A program made the translations under genes and the position numbers. DNA of 64,000 bases from Octopus bimaculoides (Eukaryota). The notes beneath the pieces are model-generated. The model was given only the letters and a program-made list of their open reading frames with translations, was not told where the DNA came from and made no database searches. Position 1 is the stretch's first letter, and the number at the start of each line of letters is the position of its first letter. This document shows, one piece after another, positions 1 through 13,132 of the stretch. The stretch lies in NCBI RefSeq assembly GCF_001194135.2, contig NC_068986.1:30981958-31045957 (forward strand). Reading direction: 5' to 3'.

Positions 1-33
1 TAAACACACATACATACACACACACATATATAT

Positions 34-200
34 ACGACGGGCTTCCATCAGTTTCCATCTACCAAATCCACTCACAAGGCTTTGGTTGGCTCGAGGCTAT
101 AGTGGAAGACATTTGCCCAAGGTGCCATGCAGTTGGATCGAACCTGGAACCATGTGGTTCGTAAGCAAGCTACTTACCACACAGCCACTCCTGCACCTAT
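34..200 (-). mobile_element. SINE family A, 5' half. Further partial or decayed copies at about 1535-1690(-), 6910-7080(+), 8088-8405(+), 12125-12290(-), 19990-20130(+), 26140-26465(-), 30100-30260(+), 30870-31030(+), 35040-35150(-), 40300-40460(+), 40810-40960(+), 46060-46175(-), 46245-46410(+), 55155-55420(-), 56155-56325(-) and 62745-62920(+)
   Basis: All share the motifs CCTTGGGCAAGTGTCTTCTACTATAGC and TTGTGAGTGGATTTGGTAGA(C/T)GGAAACTG, or their reverse complements. Confidence 0.85.
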
Positions 201-1122
201 GTATGTATATATATTATAGATAGATAGAGATATAGATACGTGTATATCTTTTACCTATGTATATCAGTAAAGGACATAAACATCGGTGAAAAGCCAAACA
301 CTACAGAGACATTCCCATGAGATTCTTGCAATCAGCAATGCAATGAACCTGTGATTGGCACTTTAGAAACCTGTAGCTGATGACGCTATTGTTCATGAAG
401 TAGGATACAAATAAAGGAAATAAAACTTTACATAAGGATTATTTTCTAAGAGACCTATTTGGTTTTACATAAACAAATCCTTCACCTATTATTCTTCTCC
501 ACACCCAGTTTTGCTTTGTAGTTGAGTGAATGACAGCCAATTGTAAAAACAGCCAATTGTAAAAAAACAATATACAAAATATCTAAATTTGCAAATAAAC
601 CATCCCATTCAAGCTAACATGGAAAATATGGAAGCAATACAATAAAAGAAAGAAATTCTAAAAATCTGACACAAAAGGGATACAAAGGAAGAAATATAAT
701 AAAAATAACTCAAGAAATTACATACAACTGTAGATTCATAAACACACACACACACACAAGTATACACAAACTGTACATGTAGATATATTTACTTATATAC
801 CACCTTGCAAACCCATTAAATTTTTGTATGTGCTGTGAGTGCGTAACAGAAATGCTTGAAAGCTTCATGTCTTTCAAACTGCTTTTCATATAGAAATGTT
901 TCTACCTATTCTCCTGAGGCAAAAAGAGTAAAGTACCAAGGCGCCCGACCAGATACAACCAGCACATTGTCTGAAATAGTTCTAGCTTATCTTACACTCA
1001 TGAGTGAGCCTCTACACTCAAGTCACTCAAGCTCCTAGACATAGCAGTTGAATTGAATCTTCAATTACACTTAACTATCTAAAAGAAGATATGACACATA
1101 AGACAATGTTGCTCTAGATGTA

Positions 1123-1155
<33 letters not shown>

Positions 1156-1488
1156 AAAAGGAGTGGGGGTCATGGCTGGAGCATCTGTAATCATAGGTCT
1201 GCTTGATCATTGTTGACCTGCTATCCAATAACAAATATAGCAATGAGTTTAAGAAGCTATCTGAGCTGCTAGAAACCAGGGCTGTGGAATCATCATCATC
1301 ATCATTTTGATACCCCCTTTTCCATGCTCACAAATCAGACATGATTTGTTGAGGCAGATTTTCTATGGCCAGATTACCCTTCCTGTTTGCAAACATGCTA
1401 ATATTTCTCCATTGCTAGGCATGTTTTCAAAGATGATTGGAGATGACACTGCTTGTATGATGGTGACACTCATTTACAAGGAGACCAC

Positions 1489-1537
<49 letters not shown>

Positions 1538-2479
1538 GCTTCTTTCAGTTTCTGTCTACCAAAACCAGTTGCAAAGTTTTAGTTGGCCTGAGGCTATAGT
1601 AGAAGATATCTGCTCATGGTGCCATGCAGAAGGGCTGAACCTGAAACCATGTGGTTGGGAAGCAAGCTTCTTAAGCACACAAAACCACCAACACAGCCTC
1701 CACTGTTTGTATTCAGGCTAATCATATATTTCTTCACACAACATACATAGCCTATGTAAGTCATCAGGTTTACACAAAGTTTGGGTTTTAAAGGCTATAG
1801 CAGTGCTGTTGTGATAGTTTTAATATCTATTGGAGAAAGAAGCTGCACACAAACAATTAAACATAAGACAAAATTTAAAATAAAAATTTTCTTTAAAATT
1901 GCTGTCTTTATCACAAGGCTAGAAAGTAAAACGATATAAACAGTAAACTGATATAAACAGAACTATGAAAATACTACGAACTAAAGTATGAAAATACTAT
2001 AAAATAAATCAGAAACCTCTTTGCTTACCAGCTCCAATATCTAAATTTCATCAAAGCTAAAACCAAAACACTGACTAAACACCTACAACAACTTAGAAAT
2101 TACTGTTGAAAAAGCAAAGAGAAAAACTCAATTAGATACATAATATTTCCTTTTCAAGATTAAAGCATCGTTTGAATATAAAATTGGAATAAATATAACA
2201 TACAAGATCATATTACATGAAATAAAAATTGCCTTATTCTGAGTAAATGCTTTCTCAATTAGGCAGGAAAATAAGTATACAGAAATAAGAGTTGTTTCTT
2301 GTTGAGGAACACTGCACAAATGAATACTGCGGTGGGTGTACAAACCGAAGTTGAAAAGCCTGGGATACAGTAACCTTACCCAATAAGATTCATTTCATTG
2401 TATCCTTCATTCATTATTTGTTAATAAATGTTATTGAGATGTTTTCTGGAAAGAGGGACAAATACAGAAATATGTTTTG

Positions 2480-2730
2480 ATCTCAATCCAGCTAATTATG
2501 AACCAAGACAACAAGGGGACCACATGTTGTTCTACCTGCCACAACCAGCAGTCAAATATCCCACAGATAACCTCCTACCCTCTTATGCAAGGCAGGACAT
2601 ATTAAGTAATGTAGTCATGAAAAAAAAAAAAAAAAGAACAAATAGTCATGGTTGGAATGCCTTTAGTCATAGGTTCACTCAGCCAGGATAGCCTGGGATT
2701 AAACAGCAACTAATTATGAACAACAACAAT
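2480..2730 (+). mobile_element. Dispersed repeat family D with a (CAA)n-type tail. Copies at about 1020-1230, 6500-6555, 9045-9175, 20400-20590, 29715-29905(-), 37905-38140 and 57330-57535
   Basis: Shared motifs include CTAGAAATAG(C/T)AGC, GGTCATGGCTGGAAT..CTTTGATCAT(A/G)GGTCT and GGG(G/C)TAAACAACAAC. Confidence 0.65.
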
Positions 2731-3059
2731 CAAAGTATAATGCAATTTCCTCTATTTTTACTTTGTAATTAACAAATGAAAATACTGCATGTAAGCAACT
2801 CCATAACAATGTTTTAGATTATTTAAATTCATTTGAATCCTAAATCCACTCAAACAAATGGTTTTCGATGTTGATAAGTGCCAACAAATAAAAATCTTGT
2901 TTTTTGAAGAATCTGCCGACTGTTGTTTTGATGCTGCACAGTAAAAAGAACTAACAATGATTGATCCGTTGGAAATGTTTGAACCGATTTCTTTAAAATT
3001 TCAAATGAGATAAAAATACTTACGTAACCAAAACAAGAGAGTTAATAGATATTTATCCT

Positions 3060-3460
3060 TTAAAATCTCTGAGGAATTTTTAATCCTCAAACTCTTCCTT
3101 GCTCCCTTATTTTTACTCCCAACCAAGCTTCTGCTATGCCCATTTGTATACATGAATACCCCCTATACATGCGCACACCACCCCATCTCTTCCTCTCTAC
3201 CTAACTGCACCCCACAGAACTACATTCTGACCTAACCCCTAAACATTTTTTTCTCTTTCTTTCTTTCCCACTACTTTTTCTTTTCCTCTATTTTCCCCAT
3301 TCATTTTTCTTTTTCTTTTCTGATGAAGGACTAACACCTGAAAGGTCAATACTCTCTCTCCCTTCCTTTTAAGCATTAAACTAATACAACCTTTGTTAAA
3401 ACTTGTCCCTCTTGTTTTATCTTCTCTTTGCTCGTTATCTGGTTATTATTTAAACTACCT
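3060..3460. mobile_element. Possible Penelope-like retroelement remnant
   Basis: A pyrimidine-rich stretch contains CTGATGAAGGACTAACACCTGAAAGGTC (3320-3347). This resembles the CTGATGA(A/G)G...CCGAAAC motif at the ends of Penelope-like elements. No coding support. Confidence 0.3.
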
Positions 3461-4270
3461 ATAACTTTGCCTTTAATCTGCTTCACTGTATCTGCTCCCT
3501 TTCCCTAGTTTTTTTTTCTTTAATCTCTTAGACGATAGGTAAAATAGTATCTATGACCCTTTACAGAACTTCTGAGACTGGTGTAAGGGGAGAAGATATC
3601 CTAAAACCAAAACCGTAGCCCAAATGCTTGCAACCAACTAGAAGGGATTATTAAATTGGTTTGTGAAATACATCTTCCACTTAAGTAGGCCAAGGCAGGA
3701 TGTAAACTTCATAATGCAAAGAGCCAGGATAAATACCACAAGACATCCTGCTCCATTCTTTAATGAGTCTACTTGTTTATTGCCTTAGATTACTACTTGA
3801 TTAATGACCCCAGAAGGCAAAGCTGACCTCAACGAAATGTTTAGTCTTGTGTCAATGTCAGTAATCTATATTAGATTCTTAAACTTCTGGGAATTCTTGC
3901 TTAAATTCAGCCTCAATAGAAATATTTGAAATGATTCATAAGAGATAATTCTGAGTTATTTTGAGCAAATATTGATGTGAAATTAAACCACTTCTGAATC
4001 ACTGACACATGTACTGCTTGATGTTTTTCAAACAACTATAGAAACATATGGATTTTAATATGTAATAAATGCGAGCAAAATAAATAGGCATAGAAACTTC
4101 TGAACATATTTTAGTTGGGTTGGTATTAAACACACCTCTAGACATGGCTGTGTGGATACATAGTTCACATTGTAACCACATGGTTTTAAGTTCTATCTGC
4201 ATGCATGATACTTAGGGGTAACTAAAGTTTTGCGAGTAGAATTGGTAGATGGAAATTGTATTGAAGTCCA

Positions 4271-4337
<67 letters not shown>

Positions 4338-5501
4338 GGGGGATAAAGAGAGAGGGGGAAGAGACAGAAATATTGACATCAAATGAGAAAATAATGACAA
4401 ACAGAAAAAATTTGCAATTTCTGTGCTTAGGACAGTACGGCATATCGATAGCTGCATGACAACTATAAATATGATATGGTTGTTACGGATTGATCCAGAA
4501 AGAATGAGACAAAGAAAGACTAGGGAAATATAGATAAGTATTTGTTGGTGGGAACACAGACAAACAGTGAAGATGAGACACGCAAGACATGAAAAAATAT
4601 ATAAATAGTTACATACACATTTGTGTGTGTGCGTGTGTGCGTGTGTGTGTGTAAATGCTGAATTCCTATAAATTTGCAGAAAAATGTTTGAGCAAAACAG
4701 TGATGTCAGCTGACATTTCTCATTAACAAATTACACTGTTGCTCTGAGTTCTCAAACTTGTCAAACACATAAGGATTAGAACCAGGAAGGGTATCTGGTT
4801 GTGGAATAATGGTTTCAAATTTCGCCACGGGGGGGGGGGGGGGTGTCAATTACATCGACCCAAGTGTTCAACTGGGACTTAATTTATCGACCCCAAAAGG
4901 ATGAAAGGCAAATTTGAACTCAGAATATAGCGGCAGACGAAATACCAGTAAGCATTTCGCCTGGCATGCTAATGATTCTGCGAGCTCACCGCCCTATCTG
5001 ACTGTAAAATAATGTCCCCACAATAAGTATTCCTCAAATTCAGGTCAACATGGAGAATGGGATATAAAACAAATGAAATGAAATTGTAAATTACAGAAAA
5101 GTCTATCCCTATAAAATTCTTTGAAGAAATGTTGTACCTGTAAAAGTTAAGTCAAAAATCCAAACCCAAATTTTATAACATTATGTACTTAGAAACAGAA
5201 TTGCGTCTATGAGATCTCCCTTCATAGAAGCTCTTAAATTTGGTTTGATTAGAGCAAGTGTCAATACCTTTGAGTAAATTTGGTAGAGGGAAACCATAGG
5301 AAGTCCATTGTGTATGAGTGTGTATGTAAAATTAGAAATTGTAAGTGCACTATATTGCAATTTACATTTAGTTGGATATGGTACAGTGTTACCAGCTCTG
5401 ACCCCGATTCCAACAGCTCAATAATTGCTTCAAATTCTGATTCTCAAGCTCTGCTAGAAATAGCAGCCAAATCTTACTCAAATCATACCCTAATATTTAT
5501 A

Positions 5502-5668
5502 GGCGCAGGAGTGGCGGTGTGCTAAGAAGCTTGCTTCCCAACCACATGGTTCTGGGGTCAGTGCCACTGTGTGGTATCCTGGGTAAGTGTCTTCTACTAT
5601 AGCCTCGGGCCGACCAAAGTCTTGTGAGTGGATTTGACAGATGGAAACTGAAAGAAGCTTGTTGTATA
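5502..5668 (+). mobile_element. SINE family A, 5' half
   Basis: Reads GGCGCAGGAGTGGCGGTGTGCTAAG...GAAACTGAAAGAAGC. Confidence 0.85.
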
Positions 5669-5844
5669 TGTATTGTTTAACCTGGGGTTAAACAATAGCA
5701 ACAGCATAACATAATACAATGAATATATTTGAAATCATGACCTACAAAAACGAAATCCAACACTTTGTATACTCAGTTCTCGTATATATTATAAAACATA
5801 AATACATTATGTTCTTCAAAAATTCTCTCTCTCTCTTTCTTTCC

Positions 5845-6157
5845 NNNNNNNNNNNNNNNNNNNNNNNNNNNNNNNNNNNNNNNNNNNNNNNNNNNNNNNN
5901 NNNNNNNNNNNNNNNNNNNNNNNNNNNNNNNNNNNNNNNNNNNNNNNNNNNNNNNNNNNNNNNNNNNNNNNNNNNNNNNNNNNNNNNNNNNNNNNNNNNN
6001 NNNNNNNNNNNNNNNNNNNNNNNNNNNNNNNNNNNNNNNNNNNNNNNNNNNNNNNNNNNNNNNNNNNNNNNNNNNNNNNNNNNNNNNNNNNNNNNNNNNN
6101 NNNNNNNNNNNNNNNNNNNNNNNNNNNNNNNNNNNNNNNNNNNNNNNNNNNNNNNNN
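5845..6157. other. Assembly gap (N). Others at 11841-12030, 24242-24806, 30072-30081, 31049-31453, 45453-45817 and 60437-61329
   Basis: Runs of n, mostly flanked by microsatellites or repeats. Confidence 1.
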
Positions 6158-6481
6158 TTATTCTTTGTAAGCCTAGTACTTATTCTATCGGTCTCTTTTG
6201 CCGAACCGCTAAGTTACGGGGACGTAAACACACCAGCATCGGTTGTCAAGCGATGTTGTGGGGACAAACACAGACACGCAAACATATACACACACATACA
6301 TATATATACATATATACGACGGGCTTCTTTCAGCTTCCGTCTACCAAATCCACTCACAAGGCTTTGGTCGGCCCGAGGCTATAGTAGAAGACGCTTGCCC
6401 AAGGTGCCACGCAGTGGGACTGAACCTGGAACCATGTAGTTGGTAAGCAAGCTACTTACCACACAGCCACTCCTACGCCTA
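6158..6481 (-). mobile_element. SINE family A copy, low divergence, cut by a gap
   Basis: Near-identical to the reverse complement of 34489-34800. Confidence 0.9.
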
Positions 6482-7283
6482 TAAAGTTATCATTCTACTT
6501 TGATCATAAGGTCTACTCAATCAGGACTGACCCGGGGTTAAACAATACCAACAACACAACACAGTGCAATGATTATAATATTTGAAATCATGACCTACAA
6601 AAACGAAATCCAACACTTTGTATACTCAGTTCTCGTATATATTATAAAACATAAATACATTATGTTCTTCAAAAATTCTCTCTCTCTCTTTCTTTCCCTT
6701 TTCTTCCTCTTTCCTGTTTAAACGAACTTTCAATTAATTAAATTAAATATCTCAATAAATATCTTCTACTTTACAGGACAAGAATTAAGCTTAATTTAAC
6801 AATATTTTTTTTCTTGAATCAATGCTTAATTGCTTCTTCAAGTTTTAATTATAGAATAGACTTCAATAATACACCACACTAGTTACTGATAAGTTTTCAT
6901 AGCCATAAGAGGCATAACTATACTTGCATATAAGGAAACAAATTTGCTTTGCTTCCAAATGGTCTTGAGTTCTATCGAATTGTGTGGCACTTCAGGGAAG
7001 TGTCTTCTGTGGCATTAGGTCAACCAATGCTCTGTGAGTGAAATTCATAGATGTAAATTGTATGGAAGCCTGTCGTATGTGCATGCATGTGTGTGTATGT
7101 GTGCATGTGCATGATAACATATATACACATATGTATATGTGTGTGAATATGAGTGTCTGTGAAAATGTTTACTTTCAGCGTCTTTAAAATATATTGTGCG
7201 AAAATAAAATTAAAAGAAAAACGGTGATGCTTGTTGGCATCCTCTGCTGACAAATTTTCCTGTAGCTCAGTGCTTTCAATAAT

Positions 7284-7669
7284 TGTTGTTGCTGGCACTC
7301 GGTCGCTTACGACGACGAGGGTTCCAGTTGATCCGCTCAACGGAACAGCCTGCTCGTGAAATTAACGTGCAAGTGGCTGCGCACTCCACAGACACGTGTA
7401 CCCTTAACGTAGTTCTCGGGGATATTCAGCGTGACAGTGTGACAAGGCTGACCCTTTGAATTACAGGCACAACAGAAACAGGAAGTAAGAGTGAGAGAAA
7501 GTTGTGGTGAAAGAGTACAGCAGGGTTCGCCACCATCCCCTGCCAGAGCGTCGTGGAGCTTTAGGTGTTTTCACTCAATAAACACTCACAATGCCCGGTC
7601 TGGGAGTCGAAACCGCGACCCTATGACCGCGAGTCCGCTGCCCTAACCACTGGGCCATTGCACCTCCAC
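7284..7669 (-). mobile_element. Young tRNA-derived SINE with an intact target-site duplication
   Basis: A perfect 12-bp TSD, GCTTTCAATAAT, lies at 7272-7283 and 7670-7681. The minus-strand head has a pol III A box (TGGCCCAGTGG) and B box (GGTTTCGACTCC). It has a short (CAA)n tail and is CpG-rich relative to the flanks. Confidence 0.9.
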
Positions 7670-9424
7670 GCTTTCAATAATAAATGGAATAAAAAAAAAA
7701 AAAGAAGAAAAATGCCATTACTTGAAAAACTGATGGTTAGTGACAGGAAGAGCTGTAAAACAACGTCTTTGTATATATTTACCCAACCCATGCTAGCATG
7801 AAGAAACATGTCAAATGAATGAATAACAGCAAAGGAGATAGTATTAGAATGCCACAAGTTTATGGATTTGCTTGTGTGACTACATTTCCCAGCATTCTTG
7901 TTTATTATGAACTTACAAACTAGTGTGTTTATTTCATCAAAAATGACTAACAATTCTATTAATTATAGAAAATGGTGCATCTACTTAAAACAAAGGGTGA
8001 GGGCTATTGACAAATTTCTTACTTAAAGACTTTGCACTTTGTGTTTAATAATAAAATATTACCAAGAATTTGTAAATGTATGCACAAGCATGGCTGGGTG
8101 ATTAAGAAGCTTGCTTTGCAGCCATGTGGCTGTAGGTTCAGTCCCACTGCATGGCAACTAGGGCAAGTGCTTACCATTATAGCACCAATAACTCTGAGCT
8201 GACCAGAGTCTTTGTAAATGAATTTGGTAGACAGAAACTTTGTGGAAGTGTATGTGTGTGCCCTTGTTACATAGTAGTTCCACAAAGAAGTTGATAGAAG
8301 TACCAGACTTTAAAAAAATAAGTATTAGGGTCGACCTGTTTGACTAAACTTTTCTAAGTGGTGCCCCAGCATGGTCACAGTCTAATGACAGGAACAAATA
8401 AAAGATGTGGTAAAGCATGCCACCCACCAAAACTGATGAGGCACAACAATATATAAGCACATAGACAGATATCTGTGCCATCAAAGTGACAGTTCTCTTT
8501 CGAACATTTTATACTAAGCCATTGAATGGTTTAATGCCAAATTATAAAAAAATAATTAAAAATAGTTACTATATTTATAAAAGATAGAATGATTTACATG
8601 TAATGATCATTATTCCAGAAGTTCTTTTATCAGAATATTCATAATAAAATTTAAGAGTTCCATAAAAATTTACTTGTTTTCCATTGCTATTTATCAGTAT
8701 ATTAAGATTGCTCTTATTTCTTGTCCTGCTTAGCAACACTTTTCCAACCCACTCTCATTTGAAGTTACTCTCAAGCACTCTTTCCCTGTTTGTCACAACA
8801 AGCAGTATGATAAGTACCTCATCCTTCTACTTACTTTCATTTTACTTGTCATACTACCATTCACTATTTACTTGTTGTTCAACAGCCTCCTGCTTTCAAT
8901 GATCTCGTTAATGTGACAATAAATATACATATCGTTATATGTGAATGACATAATTACATTACTATTTTCAATACATTGTTAGGAATTGGCTAAAGTATAG
9001 GATTACTGTTATACATGAATGTATGATACATTATTCCTCAATTTGACCTCTATAAGGTTGCCTGGCCTTTGAGAAATAGCAGTTATATATCCCTCGTATA
9101 ACACTGTCATCATTAAAAAAAGAAAGACACATTAGATAATCTACTTTGATCAAGGATGACCTGAAGTTAAACAACAAAGAATTATTTCAGCGAATCTAGT
9201 AGACAAGTAATTGCAGTCTGAGGAAGGGCATTGACCAACAAATTTAAAACAATAAAAAGGAAACAACAACAACAATAGCAGCAGCAGCAGATATTTTTTT
9301 AAATACATGATTTATTACTTTTTACTTTTCATTTCACTACGCCTCTTAATATAATTTTCAATGAAGAGCCTGAAGAGGTTACAGGTGATTCCTCTCCTCC
9401 AACTATTATTTTGTTTTAATCTAT

Positions 9425-9474
<50 letters not shown>

Positions 9475-9500
9475 TTTTAATCTATTTCTTTGCTGCTTAC

Positions 9501-9657
9501 CTTGAACATGAATATACTGTTTGGTTGTTTTGAAGTCCTCTTTGTAATAGGTTTCATATTTTTCTGATACTTGTACCACTTCTGGAATAGGGATGACCAA
9601 CGCTTCTGCAGTCCCGTAGACTTGTTGGGCAGAAAGAGCTCGTTGCAAATGATGCTC
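9501..9657 (-). CDS. EPC1: Internal coding exon (equivalent to coding exon 2) of an Enhancer of polycomb homolog (EPC1/EPC2, E(Pc); NuA4/TIP60 complex subunit)
   Basis: Minus-strand translation is EHHLQRALSAQQVYGTAEALVIPIPEVVQVSEKYETYYKEDFKTTKQYIHVQ+G. This matches the EPC N-terminal segment I recall from human EPC1 (EHHLQRAISAQQVYG...VIPVPE...FKMPKQLIHIQ). The acceptor is strong (ttctaac branch-like motif, then tacttctattcctttcag|GAG, phase 0) and so is the donor (CAAG|gtaagc, phase 1). The invertebrate gene is equally related to EPC1 and EPC2, so the symbol is nominal. Confidence 0.95.
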
Positions 9658-12084
9658 CTGAAAGGAATAGAAGTATTATACGTTAGAAAGAAATGTAGGC
9701 ACTCCATTCACTAAGGCTGCTAGTTAATGGCTGCAAGCATACAAACTGAATCAATGTTCAAAAAAAAAAGTTATTCACACACTCAATTATCTAAAACATA
9801 AAACATTCATTGAGTGGTTCAGGCTTTTAATCTAATATTCTGTGGTTTTATCTTATATTACATTTTCCCTATCAACATATTCACAACTGTCTTTGACACC
9901 TGTTTCTGCACACAGAAACCAATAAGTCAATATTCTTACATGTATTTGTTTTGTACAGCTAAAAATTGAGCTGACAGCCTTTATGGAATTTCAATTATTT
10001 AAACTTATTTCAGTGAAGGAAACCATGCAGGACTAAAGCCTGCATGTATGTATACATGATTGCATATGTGATTCTAAAAGATTCCTATAATTGCCATTTA
10101 ACCCAAAATAGATACCAAAATTCTATAGTGGTATATTATGGTTTCCCCTTTTGCTCCAGGCACTGCCTACTACTCCTAATATCCTCGTTTCTTTCCCAAT
10201 TAAGGATTTCAATTCTGTCAATTCAATTTCATAACAAGATGGTTTTAATTTCATTTCTGAGGTTCTATTCTATTTTAGCCATCTGTAAAATCTGCTACAA
10301 ACGTGGCACACACTAACACACACACTTTTTCATCTTTCCCACTACTCGGATACATTCTATCTAGTCTGGTATAAATAGTATGAAGTGTAAAATACTGTAT
10401 TGGGCATATATTGTCTAGAGATTCTCAGCCAAATACTTGCAAAAAGCTATGATCATTTGCCATGTTTGACTTGTTCCAGAAAACATAGTGGATATTTATG
10501 TCTTGGGGATTTGTTCTTTAGTTGACTTCATTTTGTTTGTTGTACACATTAATAATTTAAATGGATTATCTGATAACTGTATCTAGTTGATTATGACGTT
10601 GTTCAAACCAATACTATAACTAAAGATAACTATTTTGACACTTGCTCCTGCACATTGAATTTGTAAATCAAAAGACAGTAGTTGGCAATCATTTTCCTTT
10701 CCATTGGTAGAAATTATGCAGCAAATTCAGCTGGTCTAAAAAGATTTAGATATCTTCCTGTACCAACTGAAAACTGAAGTTATCAACATATCCAAATGAA
10801 GATTTTTATTGTTAGTTATGATCTCCATAAAGCTACAATACTCAGAATGCTTCATATAAACTTTGTCTGCAATATATAATCTATAACCATTCTTACTAAC
10901 TAAAGGTATAATTCATCTTTCAAGTGAGAAAAAAACTGTTCATATACAATGTATATATATTGACTTCATATTATCAAATGGTAATTTTAGTATTTCTGTG
11001 CCTTTTTCCAAGTCTGGTTAATTATTTCTACTCGTAGACTAACTCTCCTCAAACCTACTGAAATAAAAACAACTTTATTTCCGTTCATACCACAGCTTCA
11101 TTGTTTCTTGAAAATCAGAAGTCATTTTCTAAGCTTAATAAATCACTTCTAAACGAAGTGAAACTTTAATGAGATTAGAGTCTATAGAATGCATATGTAC
11201 CAATTTGAGATGGCGAAGAACTCTAAAAGGATTCTGAACTATATCACTGGCTGGATACTATAGTGTAATCAGCAATGTGGTTGCTTAGTAAGCAATCCAT
11301 ACATGGTTGAAATGATGTTAGCGAGCTCATAGTTTTTTCTGTCTCAAATTAGTGCTAATAATGTCAAATATCATTAAAAGTTATTTTTCTCAGGAAAAAG
11401 AAAAATGTCTTTGTTTAAAAGTCAGAAAGAATTCCTTGTGGCATATGTTCTGTCTGTTAGCACTCTAGTAATTAAATTCTGCCAACATCAACTTCACTTT
11501 CACTCATTTGGAACCAACAGATAAATACCAGTCCAGTCTAGTAATGAGCTCTTTTTCTCTCTCTCAAGCCACGGTCAAACCTAGAGAGGGATGGGCTCCA
11601 TCAAGTTTTTAAATGGCCAAGATATACCACAAATCATGATCACACCTCCAAAATTCCATCAGAAGCTGATGGTTCAAGCTAAGGCATTCTTGGTCATTGT
11701 GATACACATCTCAAGTAGAGCTTTATTAGACTATCTTATTGTGTAACGCACCTTTCTAATTTAAAGTCATGTAAGGTTGTCTTTTTCTTCCCCAACCATT
11801 TTACCTTTTTAATTTATTAAATACCAGTTATATATATATANNNNNNNNNNNNNNNNNNNNNNNNNNNNNNNNNNNNNNNNNNNNNNNNNNNNNNNNNNNN
11901 NNNNNNNNNNNNNNNNNNNNNNNNNNNNNNNNNNNNNNNNNNNNNNNNNNNNNNNNNNNNNNNNNNNNNNNNNNNNNNNNNNNNNNNNNNNNNNNNNNNN
12001 NNNNNNNNNNNNNNNNNNNNNNNNNNNNNNCATAAGATAAATGAATATGAACAAACACCACTTAACAAAATGGTATTGAGGGAT

Positions 12085-12124
<40 letters not shown>

Positions 12125-13048
12125 GCGCGGCAGGGTTTTGCAGTTTTTGTCAACCAAATTCACTCACAAGGAATTGGTCATTTTAGGGCTGTAGTAAAGG
12201 ACAGTCGTCCAAGGTGCTGTGCAGTGGGGCTAAACCTAAAACTATGTGGTTTTAAAGCAAACCTCTTCACTACAGACCTATGCCTGCAGTTATCATCATC
12301 GTCATCATCATCACTGTTTAATGTCCGCTTTCCATGCTAGCATGGGTTGGACGATTTGACTGAGGACTGGTGAACCAGATGGCTACACCAGGCTCCAATC
12401 TGATTTGGCAGATTTTCTACAGCTGGATGCCCTTCCTAACACCAACCACTCCGAAAGTGTAGTGGGTGCTTTTACGTGCCACCAGCATGAAGGCCATGTA
12501 CCAGGCGGTACTGGCAAAGGCCATGCTCAAAATGGTGTGTCCAGTAATAAAAAAAATAAATAAAAGTTTTAGGTTAGAAATATGAAAGCCTACATCATGT
12601 TCAAATTGTTTCCCTTCGGATTTTGCTCTAATTTGAATTATTGATAAGACTTTTAGAATTTTGAATAGGAATTGTAGCAGTTACCTACATACAAAATGTA
12701 TCAAGAGCAGATGTGAACTTGAAAGATTTAACAGAGAAAAGAAACAAAGCAATGTACTGTATAATTATTATTTAAAATTCCACACCCACTGGGATTCTGC
12801 AGCTTTGTGCATACTTAAGAATCTCCGTTCAATGAACTTACTGTGTAAGCTCATTCATTTTTCATGAGTACTTTTTGTTCAGTGTTTAAATATTGTTTCG
12901 CTTCTGTTGAAGGAGACATTTCATAAATTGATTAAAAATATATTAATAGTCTAAAACCCATACAGAATGTGAATAACTATCCTTTCAAATAAAACTAACG
13001 GAACTATCAAAACCTATTTTTAACAATAACTTAAAGCAAAAATAGTAC

Positions 13049-13132
<84 letters not shown>
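13049..13132. repeat. (AAT)n microsatellite, about 28 units
   Basis: Direct reading. Confidence 0.98.

Larger units (their letters stand above)
1..9500 (-). other. Probable downstream intron (intron 2) of the EPC gene
   Basis: No exon encoding the expected PDYD(L/M)DSEDE segment was seen in 1-9500. The next exon is probably left of position 1 or in the gap at 5845-6157. Confidence 0.6.

Noticed and set aside
530-570. Tandem duplication ACAGCCAATTGTAAAAA x2
   Set aside because: Simple slippage duplication with no supporting context.
3694-3750. 9-bp inverted repeat GCAGGATGT/ACATCCTGC, and similar 7-9-bp palindromes at about 10024, 11280 and 19069
   Set aside because: Stems are short enough to be expected by chance in 64 kb.
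7590-7669. tRNA-like sequence with A and B boxes
   Set aside because: The cloverleaf is imperfect, and it is the head of a TSD-flanked SINE rather than a tRNA gene.
9477-9707. Second open frame (76 aa) overlapping the EPC exon
   Set aside because: No recognisable homology, and a roughly 50-codon open alternative frame is not rare enough to claim dual coding.
10400-10900. Minus-strand peptide KNGYRLYIADKVY...MEIITNNKNL faintly resembling a piggyBac transposase core
   Set aside because: Motif spacing is wrong and there are multiple stops. It cannot be supported without a profile search.
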